Assembly (NCBI GenBank): GCA_037189525.1
Contig: JBBCJC010000014.1
Location: forward strand, 1 to 42,830
Reading direction: 5' to 3'
Source of the DNA: Gemmatimonadales bacterium
GTDB taxonomy: Bacteria; Gemmatimonadota; Gemmatimonadetes; Gemmatimonadales; GWC2-71-9
DNA length: 42,830 nt
Positions 8,582 to 15,831 of the stretch are shown here, piece after piece. Position 1 is the stretch's first letter. Every line of letters starts with the position of its first letter. A program made the position numbers and the translations under genes. The notes below the pieces were generated by a model. The model was not told where the DNA came from and did not search any database. It was given only the letters and a program-made list of their open reading frames with translations.

Positions 8582-9321
8582 GCCTTCTCCCCTTTAGCTA
8601 GGGAAAGAGCGGCGCGGGCACGATCCCAAGCACGGTCAAGGCGGTCCTGATAGAACTCGCCGCCGAAAGGCGAATGATCGTTGTTGAGAGCGACCAAACC
8701 CTCCAGCGCCTCCACCAGCTTATCGCGGACAGGATCAGGAGCGCGGCGGGACTGGTCGTGGTCTGCGTCGATTAAAGAAAGGACGCGGCTCTCGTGGTCT
8801 GCCTGTGCCGCGGCTTGCGCAGAGTCTATTGAGGGATACGACCCGCACTCGACGCCGTAACGCTTCAGCGCGTAGGTTCCGTCCTTGCCGGATACCGAAT
8901 ATCGCCACCGTCCGTCATCATCGCAGTCGGCGTGGTATTCCATGAGTGCTATGGACTTATCGACCCATTCCAGAGCTTTCACGCGCAGCACAGGCGCGCC
9001 GATGTTCTGTTTTTTAGGGACATCTCGGCAAACCTTTTCCAGATTTTCATCGTTTGTGCCGCCTTCGTTCACGGTGTTTAGGGTCACTTCTTCCTTTCGG
9101 AAGGCGCGGTAGAGATTGATCTTCTCTGCAATGTGCCGGGCCACATCGACCGGAATCGCATGGCCCTTGAAGACGCCCCACCCGGTGACATCGACCCAAT
9201 CAACGTCGCGATCATCGGTGGCGGCGATTGGCATGTTGTCGTCCATCGGGGCATTACCGTTGAACTCGCCATCTTCTGTCGGCAGGAACGCCGGCGTATT
9301 CTTCACTGTATCGGCGGGCAT
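8578..9321 (-). CDS. Hypothetical mosaic phage protein
   Basis: 247 aa; contains VKALEW...AQAAAQADHESRV and LVEALEGL segments common in alphaproteobacterial phage early proteins. Confidence 0.7.
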   Translation of the reverse strand: MPADTVKNTPAFLPTEDGEFNGNAPMDDNMPIAATDDRDVDWVDVTGWGVFKGHAIPVDVARHIAEKINLYRAFRKEEVTLNTVNEGGTNDENLEKVCRDVPKKQNIGAPVLRVKALEWVDKSIALMEYHADCDDDGRWRYSVSGKDGTYALKRYGVECGSYPSIDSAQAAAQADHESRVLSLIDADHDQSRRAPDPVRDKLVEALEGLVALNNDHSPFGGEFYQDRLDRAWDRARAALSLAKGEKA

Positions 9322-9681
9322 CTACGCGGCCTCCACTTCCGCCTGCCAGACTTCGGCAGCATCGCTGTCTTCGTAGATCGCGTTTTCGATCAGGCGGAAC
9401 AGGACGGCCTCGGGCGAGGCATCGGACTTCTCGGGGCGGGTCAGAACCGCCACAACGTTCTTGCGGGGCCTGCCGCCAAACAGCGTCGGGCGGGCCAGCT
9501 TGTCGGGAACAGTGCCGTTGAGCACGATTGACCGGACATAGAACTCGTATCCCGGATCGGCTGCCAGCTCGGCAGTGCCGAAGAACCCGTTGTCCAGCCG
9601 AACGCCCCCGATGGTCGGGCGAACGTCCTCGAAATGGTATGTGATGCTGTGCTGGTCGCTGATCTGCGCATGCACGTTCAT
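9322..9681 (-). CDS. Hypothetical protein
   Basis: ATG 9681 with a GGGAG SD; 119 aa. Confidence 0.7.
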   Translation of the reverse strand: MNVHAQISDQHSITYHFEDVRPTIGGVRLDNGFFGTAELAADPGYEFYVRSIVLNGTVPDKLARPTLFGGRPRKNVVAVLTRPEKSDASPEAVLFRLIENAIYEDSDAAEVWQAEVEAA

Positions 9682-9752
9682 CGGGTCTGCTCCCATCCTG
9701 GAGGGGTACAAAGCACTCGGGAAACCGGCGCGGACGCCGGAAACCGGAACGC

Positions 9753-10091
9753 TCAATCGTCTTCTGAGAAACCGCCGTCGCCGTAGCCGTTGCCGTAGCC
9801 GTAGCCGTAGCCGTAGCCGTCGCCGTCGCCGTAGCCGTAGCCGTTGCCGTAGCCGTTGCCGTCGCCGTCGCCGTTGCCGTAGCCGTTGCCGTAGCCGTTG
9901 CCGTTGCCGTCGAGATCAGCGGCCTTGAGAACGTAGTGACGCTCGCTCTTGGGGATCAGTCGCAGCACCGCGCTCACCGGCATTGCCGCAGTGATCCGCT
10001 TGGGAAAGCGTGACACGACCCGCATCACGCCATCGAAGCATGCGCCACCTCGGACAACATCATCGGCAGTGATGATGGGGTCGCGATCCAT
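9753..10091 (-). CDS. Gly-rich (G-[DNY])n repeat protein
   Basis: About 60-aa N-terminal domain containing ACFDG, then 23 XG dipeptides; coupled to the upstream gene. Confidence 0.75.
   Translation of the reverse strand: MDRDPIITADDVVRGGACFDGVMRVVSRFPKRITAAMPVSAVLRLIPKSERHYVLKAADLDGNGNGYGNGYGNGDGDGNGYGNGYGYGDGDGYGYGYGYGNGYGDGGFSEDD
9774..9911. repeat. Hexanucleotide tandem repeat GCCGT[A/T/C] x23
   Basis: Directly visible in the sequence; only one position of the unit varies. Confidence 0.95.
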
Positions 10092-10360
10092 CACGCGGCT
10101 TCCCAGCGCTTCCACGCGTCGGGCGTGATGTCGAAAATCGCGGTGATGCCGTGAAGGGCGGGAATGTCGGCAGCGAGACTGATCTTGCTGCGGCTGTTCG
10201 GGCCGTCCTTGGCGAGTTCCATGACGCCCTTGGTGGTGCCCCAGTAGATCGCCATCTTGGCCGACTTGAGCGGCATGGAACGGGCGTTGATGTCCTGATC
10301 GTCCTCGATCAGTCCGGCGAAGACGCCGCGATGCTCCGTCGTGATCAAAACTGCTTTCAT
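10091..10360 (-). CDS. DUF6948-like protein
   Basis: VLITTEHRGVFAG...L..A.M..YW...GV.ELA..GP pattern, recalled as DUF6948, which is often adjacent to Gly-repeat genes. Confidence 0.7.
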   Translation of the reverse strand: MKAVLITTEHRGVFAGLIEDDQDINARSMPLKSAKMAIYWGTTKGVMELAKDGPNSRSKISLAADIPALHGITAIFDITPDAWKRWEAA

Positions 10361-10525
10361 GCGATTTCCCTCCTTCGGGTGGCTGGAGCGGAGATCAGCC
10401 TGTGGGCTTCTTCGTCCGCTGGTTCTGTCGAGGGGCTGGCGGCATTCGCGCCGCTTGGTTGCCCGTTCCGGTTACATGGCCGCCTCCTTGGTGGGGTCGG
10501 GTGTTTCCGTATCGACAAACCGATA

Positions 10526-10582
10526 TAAGCATAACTCAAAAAACTATGCAAGCAGAACTTCTATTTTTTTGAGTTCGGCTTA
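10526..10582. promoter_or_regulatory. OL-like operator triplet / leftward early promoter region
   Basis: TAAGCATAACTCA (10526), CAAGCAGAACTTC (10549) and TGAGTTCGGCTTA (10570) share a YRAG-N5-CTYR-like consensus with the cI-cro sites. Confidence 0.8.
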
Positions 10583-10592
10583 TAAGTGAGGG

Positions 10593-10904
10593 ATGAGTAA
10601 TCGAAACGACAATGGCGAAGCTGCCGCCGCCTTCTACGACAAGCGCCGAAAGTGGATGGATTACATCTGCGAGATGGATCGCGTCAGCCACGCGACGTTC
10701 CGCGTCGGCTACTGGCTCGCCCGGAAGATGAATGGCGAGGATCAGTGTTGCTGGTGGTCAGTCGGGCAGGTGGCGAAACAGGTCGGCGTCAGCACCAAGA
10801 CGGTCACGGAGGCGACGGCCGAACTGGAAGCGCTCGGGCTGATGCTGGTGGTGCGGAAGAAGGGCAGGGGCAACACGTATTATATCCGGCTGCCGTTCGA
10901 TTGA
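10593..10904 (+). CDS. Winged helix-turn-helix protein resembling the N-terminal domain of phage replication initiators
   Basis: CWWSVGQVAKQVGVSTKTVTEATAELEALGLMLVVRKKGRGNTY. Confidence 0.8.
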   Translation: MSNRNDNGEAAAAFYDKRRKWMDYICEMDRVSHATFRVGYWLARKMNGEDQCCWWSVGQVAKQVGVSTKTVTEATAELEALGLMLVVRKKGRGNTYYIRLPFD

Positions 10905-10946
10905 CCCACGTAGTGAGTACGTGACTACCCACGTAGTGGCTACGTA
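10904..10946. repeat. Iteron-like direct repeat ACCCACGTAGTG x2 (23-bp period) with internal palindromes
   Basis: Copies at 10904-10915 and 10927-10938, each followed by TACGT. Confidence 0.75.
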
Positions 10947-11020
10947 CGAATATTGAAAGCTGAATTCCTAAAAGGGTTAGCTCTGTAGGATATAGGGCTC
11001 TGAGAGTGAGTATTATAGAA

Positions 11021-11644
11021 CTAGGGGGTGTTTGGATTTCCAGCGGACGCCAACTGCTCTTGAAGAAGGCGGCTGAGGATAGCGTGCAGGTGGGTCAAAT
11101 CTGGTTCACCTGTGTGAGCAAACGCGTCGTGTGCCGTCTGGAGCGCGATGCAGTATTCATCACGGTCTCGCTTTATAAGCTCGGGCAGAATAACCGTCCC
11201 ATCCGGCCAACCCCCTAGTTTTAGACACAGGACATAGTAGCACGCGGTTCGTGCGGTCCTGCCGTTTCCATTGATGAATGGGTGAATGTTATTTAAGCGC
11301 CACAGGACATAAGTCGCTAAGACGACCGGGTCCTGACTTTCCCAATTCCGATTCACCAAATTGACAAAGTCGTCCATGGCGGCCGCAACACGGTAGTGTG
11401 GAGGAGGCTGATGCTGGCCGACCGTCACACCCCAAGGGCGGTATTCGCCTGCCGAAATGTGAAGACAGGTGATGGCTTGGAAATTTAACGCCTTGATTAC
11501 ATGCTGAGAGAGAAATGGCCGCCCCATAGCGAGAGAGGCGGCCACAATCGATTTCAAAAAATCATGTTGTCGGTTGCCATTGGCAACTTCGAGAGCTTGA
11601 TAAACCGGATGGTTTTCCGTGTTCGTCAGCTCAAAAATTATCAT
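11021..11644 (-). CDS. Fic-domain protein
   Basis: HPFINGNGRTAR matches HxFx(D/E)GNGRxxR, with N at the acidic position. Confidence 0.93.
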   Translation of the reverse strand: MIIFELTNTENHPVYQALEVANGNRQHDFLKSIVAASLAMGRPFLSQHVIKALNFQAITCLHISAGEYRPWGVTVGQHQPPPHYRVAAAMDDFVNLVNRNWESQDPVVLATYVLWRLNNIHPFINGNGRTARTACYYVLCLKLGGWPDGTVILPELIKRDRDEYCIALQTAHDAFAHTGEPDLTHLHAILSRLLQEQLASAGNPNTP

Positions 11645-11838
11645 TTCAGGACGAGTTGTCCGCTATCCTGGCGCTCCAACGCTTGCTCGACCTGCTCACG
11701 CGTCATGTCGTTCTCGTCGTCAAGCGAGCCCATTACGAACGACAGGCGCTGCTGCTCCATGCGCTCGTGCGACAGGGCGCGAGACGATGATTGTTGCAAA
11801 GCGTTCAGAAGCGCTTCGCTGGTACGAAGACCGGTCAT
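11641..11838 (-). CDS. Putative VbhA/FicA-like antitoxin
   Basis: 65-aa helical protein directly upstream of fic with an ATGA overlap and GGAGG SD; contains SLDDEN, matching the (S/T)xxxE(G/N) inhibitory motif. Confidence 0.65.
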   Translation of the reverse strand: MTGLRTSEALLNALQQSSSRALSHERMEQQRLSFVMGSLDDENDMTREQVEQALERQDSGQLVLK

Positions 11839-11993
11839 AGCTTCCTCCATCGATGTGTTCATAAGGACGATTCGCATTTTGGCAGTTTGCGATCATGCTC
11901 ACTAAGCACGAATGATCTCTTTCTGTCACGTTAACAATGGGACAGAAAGACCTAGGTTCCGGCTTCGCACAAGCTTCATGCTCTCCACCAACC

Positions 11994-12311
11994 TCACTCT
12001 CCCCGCAGCACCGCTTCCTTTTCCTCGCTCAGCACCCGTAGCGTCTTGATGACCTCGACGGCTTCCAGCAGCTTTGCCGATACCTCCGCAGCCGTGAACA
12101 CCTCTGGCGTCCTACCCATATCCGCCAGGTCGAAAGCTATGTCGCCCGGTCCCGTGTCGTTGGCTGGCGCATCGGAGTAGGCGATCTGCTCGCGGTAGTC
12201 GCGGATGGTCGCGGCTGCCCGCTCCATCAGCCGCCCGCGCTCGAACTGGCTCAGGCGCTGCGTCTCGTTTGCGGCGCGTATCAGCTCGGAGATGAAGGCG
12301 GGGACGGTCAT
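11994..12311 (-). CDS. Hypothetical protein, probably SOS (LexA)-regulated
   Basis: MTVPAFISELIRAANE...; LexA box about 40 bp upstream. Confidence 0.75.
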   Translation of the reverse strand: MTVPAFISELIRAANETQRLSQFERGRLMERAAATIRDYREQIAYSDAPANDTGPGDIAFDLADMGRTPEVFTAAEVSAKLLEAVEVIKTLRVLSEEKEAVLRGE

Positions 12312-12348
12312 GCGCACCCCTGCGACGAATCGACAGGTGATTCGTTTT

Positions 12349-12363
12349 GTTCTTGATCTGTTC
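12349..12363. promoter_or_regulatory. Alphaproteobacterial LexA box
   Basis: GTTC-TTGATCT-GTTC (GTTC-N7-GTTC) in an intergenic region between divergent genes. Confidence 0.8.
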
Positions 12364-12417
12364 CCGCAAGTGAGTCAGAGTGTCGCATCAATAAGACGAA
12401 GAGCGGGAGAGGCGAGA

Positions 12418-12729
12418 ATGGCGCTACCAAGCAAGGAGCCTTTGCTTTCACAGGTCACGTCCTTGATGGTTGAATGTATGGATTGTGGGCAAACCAGATG
12501 GAGAAAGCCCGGCGATTTCCAAAGATACGGGGTAAGCGGATCGACGCCGTTGCGCGAGTTGTCGTCTCGTCTCTTCTGCCCACGTTGCCGAGAAGATCAC
12601 CAACCTGGCACGAACCTGTCGATACAAGCGGCGTTCGCGACGGAACTGGATCGGGAGAGGGCCAACGCATATCGCCTCACAGGCCGTACAACTCTGGATT
12701 GGGTATTACCCTCCAGATGCGTTGGATAG
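12418..12729 (+). CDS. Zn-ribbon hypothetical protein
   Basis: ECMDCG...FCPRC; GGGAGAGG SD; its 3' end overlaps the cI 3' end by 53 nt. Confidence 0.7.
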   Translation: MALPSKEPLLSQVTSLMVECMDCGQTRWRKPGDFQRYGVSGSTPLRELSSRLFCPRCREDHQPGTNLSIQAAFATELDRERANAYRLTGRTTLDWVLPSRCVG

Positions 12730-13369
12730 CGTAGGGATCGAATGTCATCTCGCTGGGCGGGTTAAACTGGCTGACGACTATTGCCGATTTCGTGCGCTTG
12801 CGCAGGGTCTTGACGAATGCCTGCCCGACCTCGCCCTCAGCGGAGGGGAACATTTCAATGACTACATCGTCGCCGATCGACGGCGGGCGGTCGTCGCAAT
12901 AGATGATCCAACCCTTCTCGTATCGTGGCGACATGCTGCCGCTGATGATTTCGAGCGCGAACACTCGGGGCCGGTTCATTAGGCCGGGGGGGCGAACTAC
13001 CAATTCGGCGACTTCACCATTGAACTCAAAGTCACCATCTTTGCCCGCTGCGACGACGCCGAGGCGCTCAACGTTACGCGGGCCCGATGGCGGACGCATA
13101 GCACCTGATACGAACGAGGCATCCCCCGCCGGTTCGTCGCCTAGCAATATCACCTGACCGCGTCCAAGAGCGGTTGGGTCGGCCCCAAGGAATTCAGCCA
13201 CCTTTAGCAGGTTCTCGGTCGACGGAAGGTTTCTTCCTGTTTCCCAATTCCCGACGGCTGCTACGTCAGTCTTCAGATGCTCGGCGATATGGCGCATCAC
13301 CTTGCCGCGCTGCTTGCGAGCTTGGCGGATCGCCGATCCTACTTTCATCGCTTTTTCAGTCTTCGCCAT
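12677..13369 (-). CDS. cI: CI-like repressor (XRE HTH + S24 peptidase); start uncertain (13348 or 13369)
   Basis: HTH ...AVGNWETGRNLP; Ala-Gly cleavage site in VAAG; catalytic Ser in GSMSPRY and Lys in FVKTL. Confidence 0.93.
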   Translation of the reverse strand: MAKTEKAMKVGSAIRQARKQRGKVMRHIAEHLKTDVAAVGNWETGRNLPSTENLLKVAEFLGADPTALGRGQVILLGDEPAGDASFVSGAMRPPSGPRNVERLGVVAAGKDGDFEFNGEVAELVVRPPGLMNRPRVFALEIISGSMSPRYEKGWIIYCDDRPPSIGDDVVIEMFPSAEGEVGQAFVKTLRKRTKSAIVVSQFNPPSEMTFDPYAIQRIWRVIPNPELYGL

Positions 13370-13386
13370 GCCGGGCATTTGATGCA

Positions 13387-13443
13387 CGAGCCCAACTCAA
13401 GTCCATGTAAGTTTCGCTTGCATATAATTTTGAGTTATGCTTA
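13387..13443. promoter_or_regulatory. OR-like operator triplet between cI and cro
   Basis: CGAGCCCAACTCA (13387), TAAGTTTCGCTTG (13408) and TGAGTTATGCTTA (13431). The last is the exact reverse complement of 10526-10538. Confidence 0.82.
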
Positions 13444-13452
13444 CATTGCGAT

Positions 13453-13695
13453 ATGGACAGGATCGCAAACACCTCAAAAGTCGCGCTCGGGCTTGCGTTG
13501 CAAAAGGCGGGCTCAGCCAGCGCCATCGCACGGTTCTTGGGCATCTCTCCATCTGCAGTTCTACAGTGGGATGAAGTCCCGTCGAGCCGGGTTTTGGCAG
13601 TCGAAGAACTGACTGGTGTGTCGCGGTACGATCTGCGTCCAGACATCTTCGGCCCGGCTCCCCGCCCCACCTCTCCCAAGCAGGAGACGGCATGA
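13453..13695 (+). CDS. cro: Cro-like / YdaS-family repressor
   Basis: AIARFLGISPSAVLQW..VP..RVLAVEELTGVSRYDLRPDIFG; divergent from cI. Confidence 0.9.
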   Translation: MDRIANTSKVALGLALQKAGSASAIARFLGISPSAVLQWDEVPSSRVLAVEELTGVSRYDLRPDIFGPAPRPTSPKQETA

Positions 13696-14396
13696 TGGGC
13701 GAGCACAGCATCGCTGACGATCTGCTGCGCAACGGATATGAGCGCTGGTTGCTGCTGGAGGCAGCTAAGGCAGAGGTATCCGACGACATCAAGGAACTGA
13801 TGGCAGAACTCAAGGGCCACGGCTTTACGCCGAAGGCTGTCCGAGAGAGCTTCCGCCGCGTCCGCGACATGGGCGATGCCGATCAGCAGGAGCATGACGC
13901 GATTGTCGACCTGTACGTCGCCAGCCTCACACGCGCGCATCCTGCGCCTGCGCACGAGAAAACATTGAACAATTTCGGCTCCTATGCCGAGGAAAAGGGC
14001 AGGGGGGTCGGTAAAGCCGATACCCTTCGCGGCGAACTCACAGACAACCAGGAACAGCGAGAGGTAATGGACCTCGCTGCGGCCGGTAGCGCGACGGACG
14101 AGGCAAGCACGTCGTCTGCGCCGGCCAGTCATTCCAATTCGAGCGAACCCCTCCCACGCTCGGATAAGGCCGGAGAAGCCCGTCCTTCCTCCCCGGTAGT
14201 TTCTCCGGCCGCCATTTCCGATAATGAGCCATTCGAGCCGTCGAATCTGACTTTCCTGCGCAAGAGTGCGGCTGATTATCGCCCGCACTGCCAGCGCCCT
14301 GATGCTTGCGGCGCGAGCGGCCTGCGTCATTGCTACATCTGCCAGAGGTCTATCGACGTAGCCGAAATGGCAGAACATGCGCGGGCCTCGGTATGA
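13692..14396 (+). CDS. GapR/DUF2312-domain protein with extended C-terminus
   Basis: ERW..LEAAKAEVSDDIKELMAELKGHGF.PKAVR...E.DAIVDLY pattern; Cys/His cluster at the C-terminus. Confidence 0.8.
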   Translation: MMGEHSIADDLLRNGYERWLLLEAAKAEVSDDIKELMAELKGHGFTPKAVRESFRRVRDMGDADQQEHDAIVDLYVASLTRAHPAPAHEKTLNNFGSYAEEKGRGVGKADTLRGELTDNQEQREVMDLAAAGSATDEASTSSAPASHSNSSEPLPRSDKAGEARPSSPVVSPAAISDNEPFEPSNLTFLRKSAADYRPHCQRPDACGASGLRHCYICQRSIDVAEMAEHARASV

Positions 14397-14811
14397 ACGC
14401 GCCTGTCATCATTCGCAGCGGCCAGCCTGAGCGGGGAGGCGAGACGGGGATACAACCTCACCTCCCCAAGCCGGGCGGATGCACCCGGCACGCCGCCGCG
14501 GCTGCGGCATCTCATTCTCACCGGGAGCGCTTCGGCGCGTTCTTCGCCCATATCGTCTTCCCGGTGATGCGGACGGTCGGGGCGCTCAATGTCATGGCAG
14601 GAGACCCCCGCCTTAGCTTTGAGGACCATGATGGAAAATCCGTCCGCTTGAATTTCTCCCGGCCCTTGAGGCGTCCGGGAAGCCTTCTTCTCGGCAATGC
14701 GCGCTTCCAGCTTCGCCAAAAGTCTCTGCGCTGCGTCGCCGATGCTCTCCACGCTTTGTCCTTTCCAAACGCTCCTGAGTTGCATGAGCAACTTGGCAGG
14801 AGACGACTGGA

Positions 14812-15180
14812 ATGTCCGACAAGGGTTTTGAAGGATCTGACAAAATGAGTGACGCGTATGTCAGTGAGGCGAGGGGGATGGCCTACTTCATCCTCCAGAA
14901 AACCCACCGTGGGCCGGGCGACACGGTGGACGCTGCGATGCACAGGGCAGAGCGCGTTTATGGCGCGCCGGCCAAATGGCTGCACCGCCTCCGCTACCGG
15001 CAAATCAAGGACATGCCCGTCTCTGCTTACGGAGCAATCGTCCGCGCCTACAGGGCGGCCCAAGAAGCCAGCGAGAGAGCCTTTGAGGCCGAGAGGAAAC
15101 TTGCAGATGCGCGCAATTCGAAAATGGTTGGCATCGCGGATTTTGTGGCTGGATCGTCAGTTCAGCATCCCGAGCAATAG
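14812..15180 (+). CDS. Hypothetical protein, possible CII-like regulator
   Basis: AGGAG SD; RGPGDTVDAAMHRAER.YG...WLHRLRYR; position downstream of cro. Confidence 0.65.
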   Translation: MSDKGFEGSDKMSDAYVSEARGMAYFILQKTHRGPGDTVDAAMHRAERVYGAPAKWLHRLRYRQIKDMPVSAYGAIVRAYRAAQEASERAFEAERKLADARNSKMVGIADFVAGSSVQHPEQ

Positions 15181-15190
15181 GCGGCGGCTC

Positions 15191-15316
15191 ATGCTCGGGA
15201 CCGCCATCGCCGCGATCATAGCTGCCCTCATCATCTGGGACGCCAGCGCAGGCGCAGAGCTTCCCGGCCGTCCGGTGAGCAACAGGGCAGGAGCGGCGGG
15301 AGTGGGCGCATGGTAG
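15191..15316 (+). CDS. Small membrane protein
   Basis: MLGTAIAAIIAALIIWD...; fills the operon gap. Confidence 0.5.
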   Translation: MLGTAIAAIIAALIIWDASAGAELPGRPVSNRAGAAGVGAW

Positions 15317-15831
15317 CCGATATCTTCCGCGAAAGGTTTGACTACGAGCCGGAGAGCGGACGGCTCATTTGGAAGAAACGAGCCATCAGGTCCTATCGTG
15401 ATAAAATCTGGAACTTGCGCTACGCCAGGACAGAAGCCGGGTGGGTTAGCAACCACGGCTACCGGAACGTGCGTATCCAGTATGACGGGAAGCAGCGGAT
15501 ACACCCGGCGCATAGAATTATCTGGGCGATCGTGCACGGCGAAATGCCAGATCGATTGATTGACCATATAGACGGTGATGGCCTGAACAATCGTCTCGTC
15601 AACCTTCGGTTGGCTACGCAGTCCCAAAACTCAATGAACGGCAAGTTCTTCAAGGACACGAGGTCCGGGATGAAGGGCGTCGTGGTGTCGGGAAACAAGT
15701 TTCTAGCTCGCATCAAAGTCAAAGGCCAACTCATCAGTCTGGGAACATATCTCACGAAGCACGAAGCTGCGCGTGCCTACCATGAGGCTGCAAAAAAGCA
15801 CTTCGGGGAATTTGCGAGGGCGGGATGGTGA
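15310..15831 (+). CDS. HNH endonuclease with AP2-type C-terminal domain
   Basis: AHRIIW...IDHIDGDGLNNRLVNLR.AT.SQN; SGMKGV...LGTY....EAARAY. Confidence 0.93.
   Translation: MVADIFRERFDYEPESGRLIWKKRAIRSYRDKIWNLRYARTEAGWVSNHGYRNVRIQYDGKQRIHPAHRIIWAIVHGEMPDRLIDHIDGDGLNNRLVNLRLATQSQNSMNGKFFKDTRSGMKGVVVSGNKFLARIKVKGQLISLGTYLTKHEAARAYHEAAKKHFGEFARAGW

Noticed and set aside
9774..9911. CRISPR array or DGR variable region (AAC/GAC/TAC variation resembles A-to-N mutagenesis)
   Set aside because: The units are 6 bp with no spacers, and no cas gene, reverse transcriptase or template repeat was seen in the genome.
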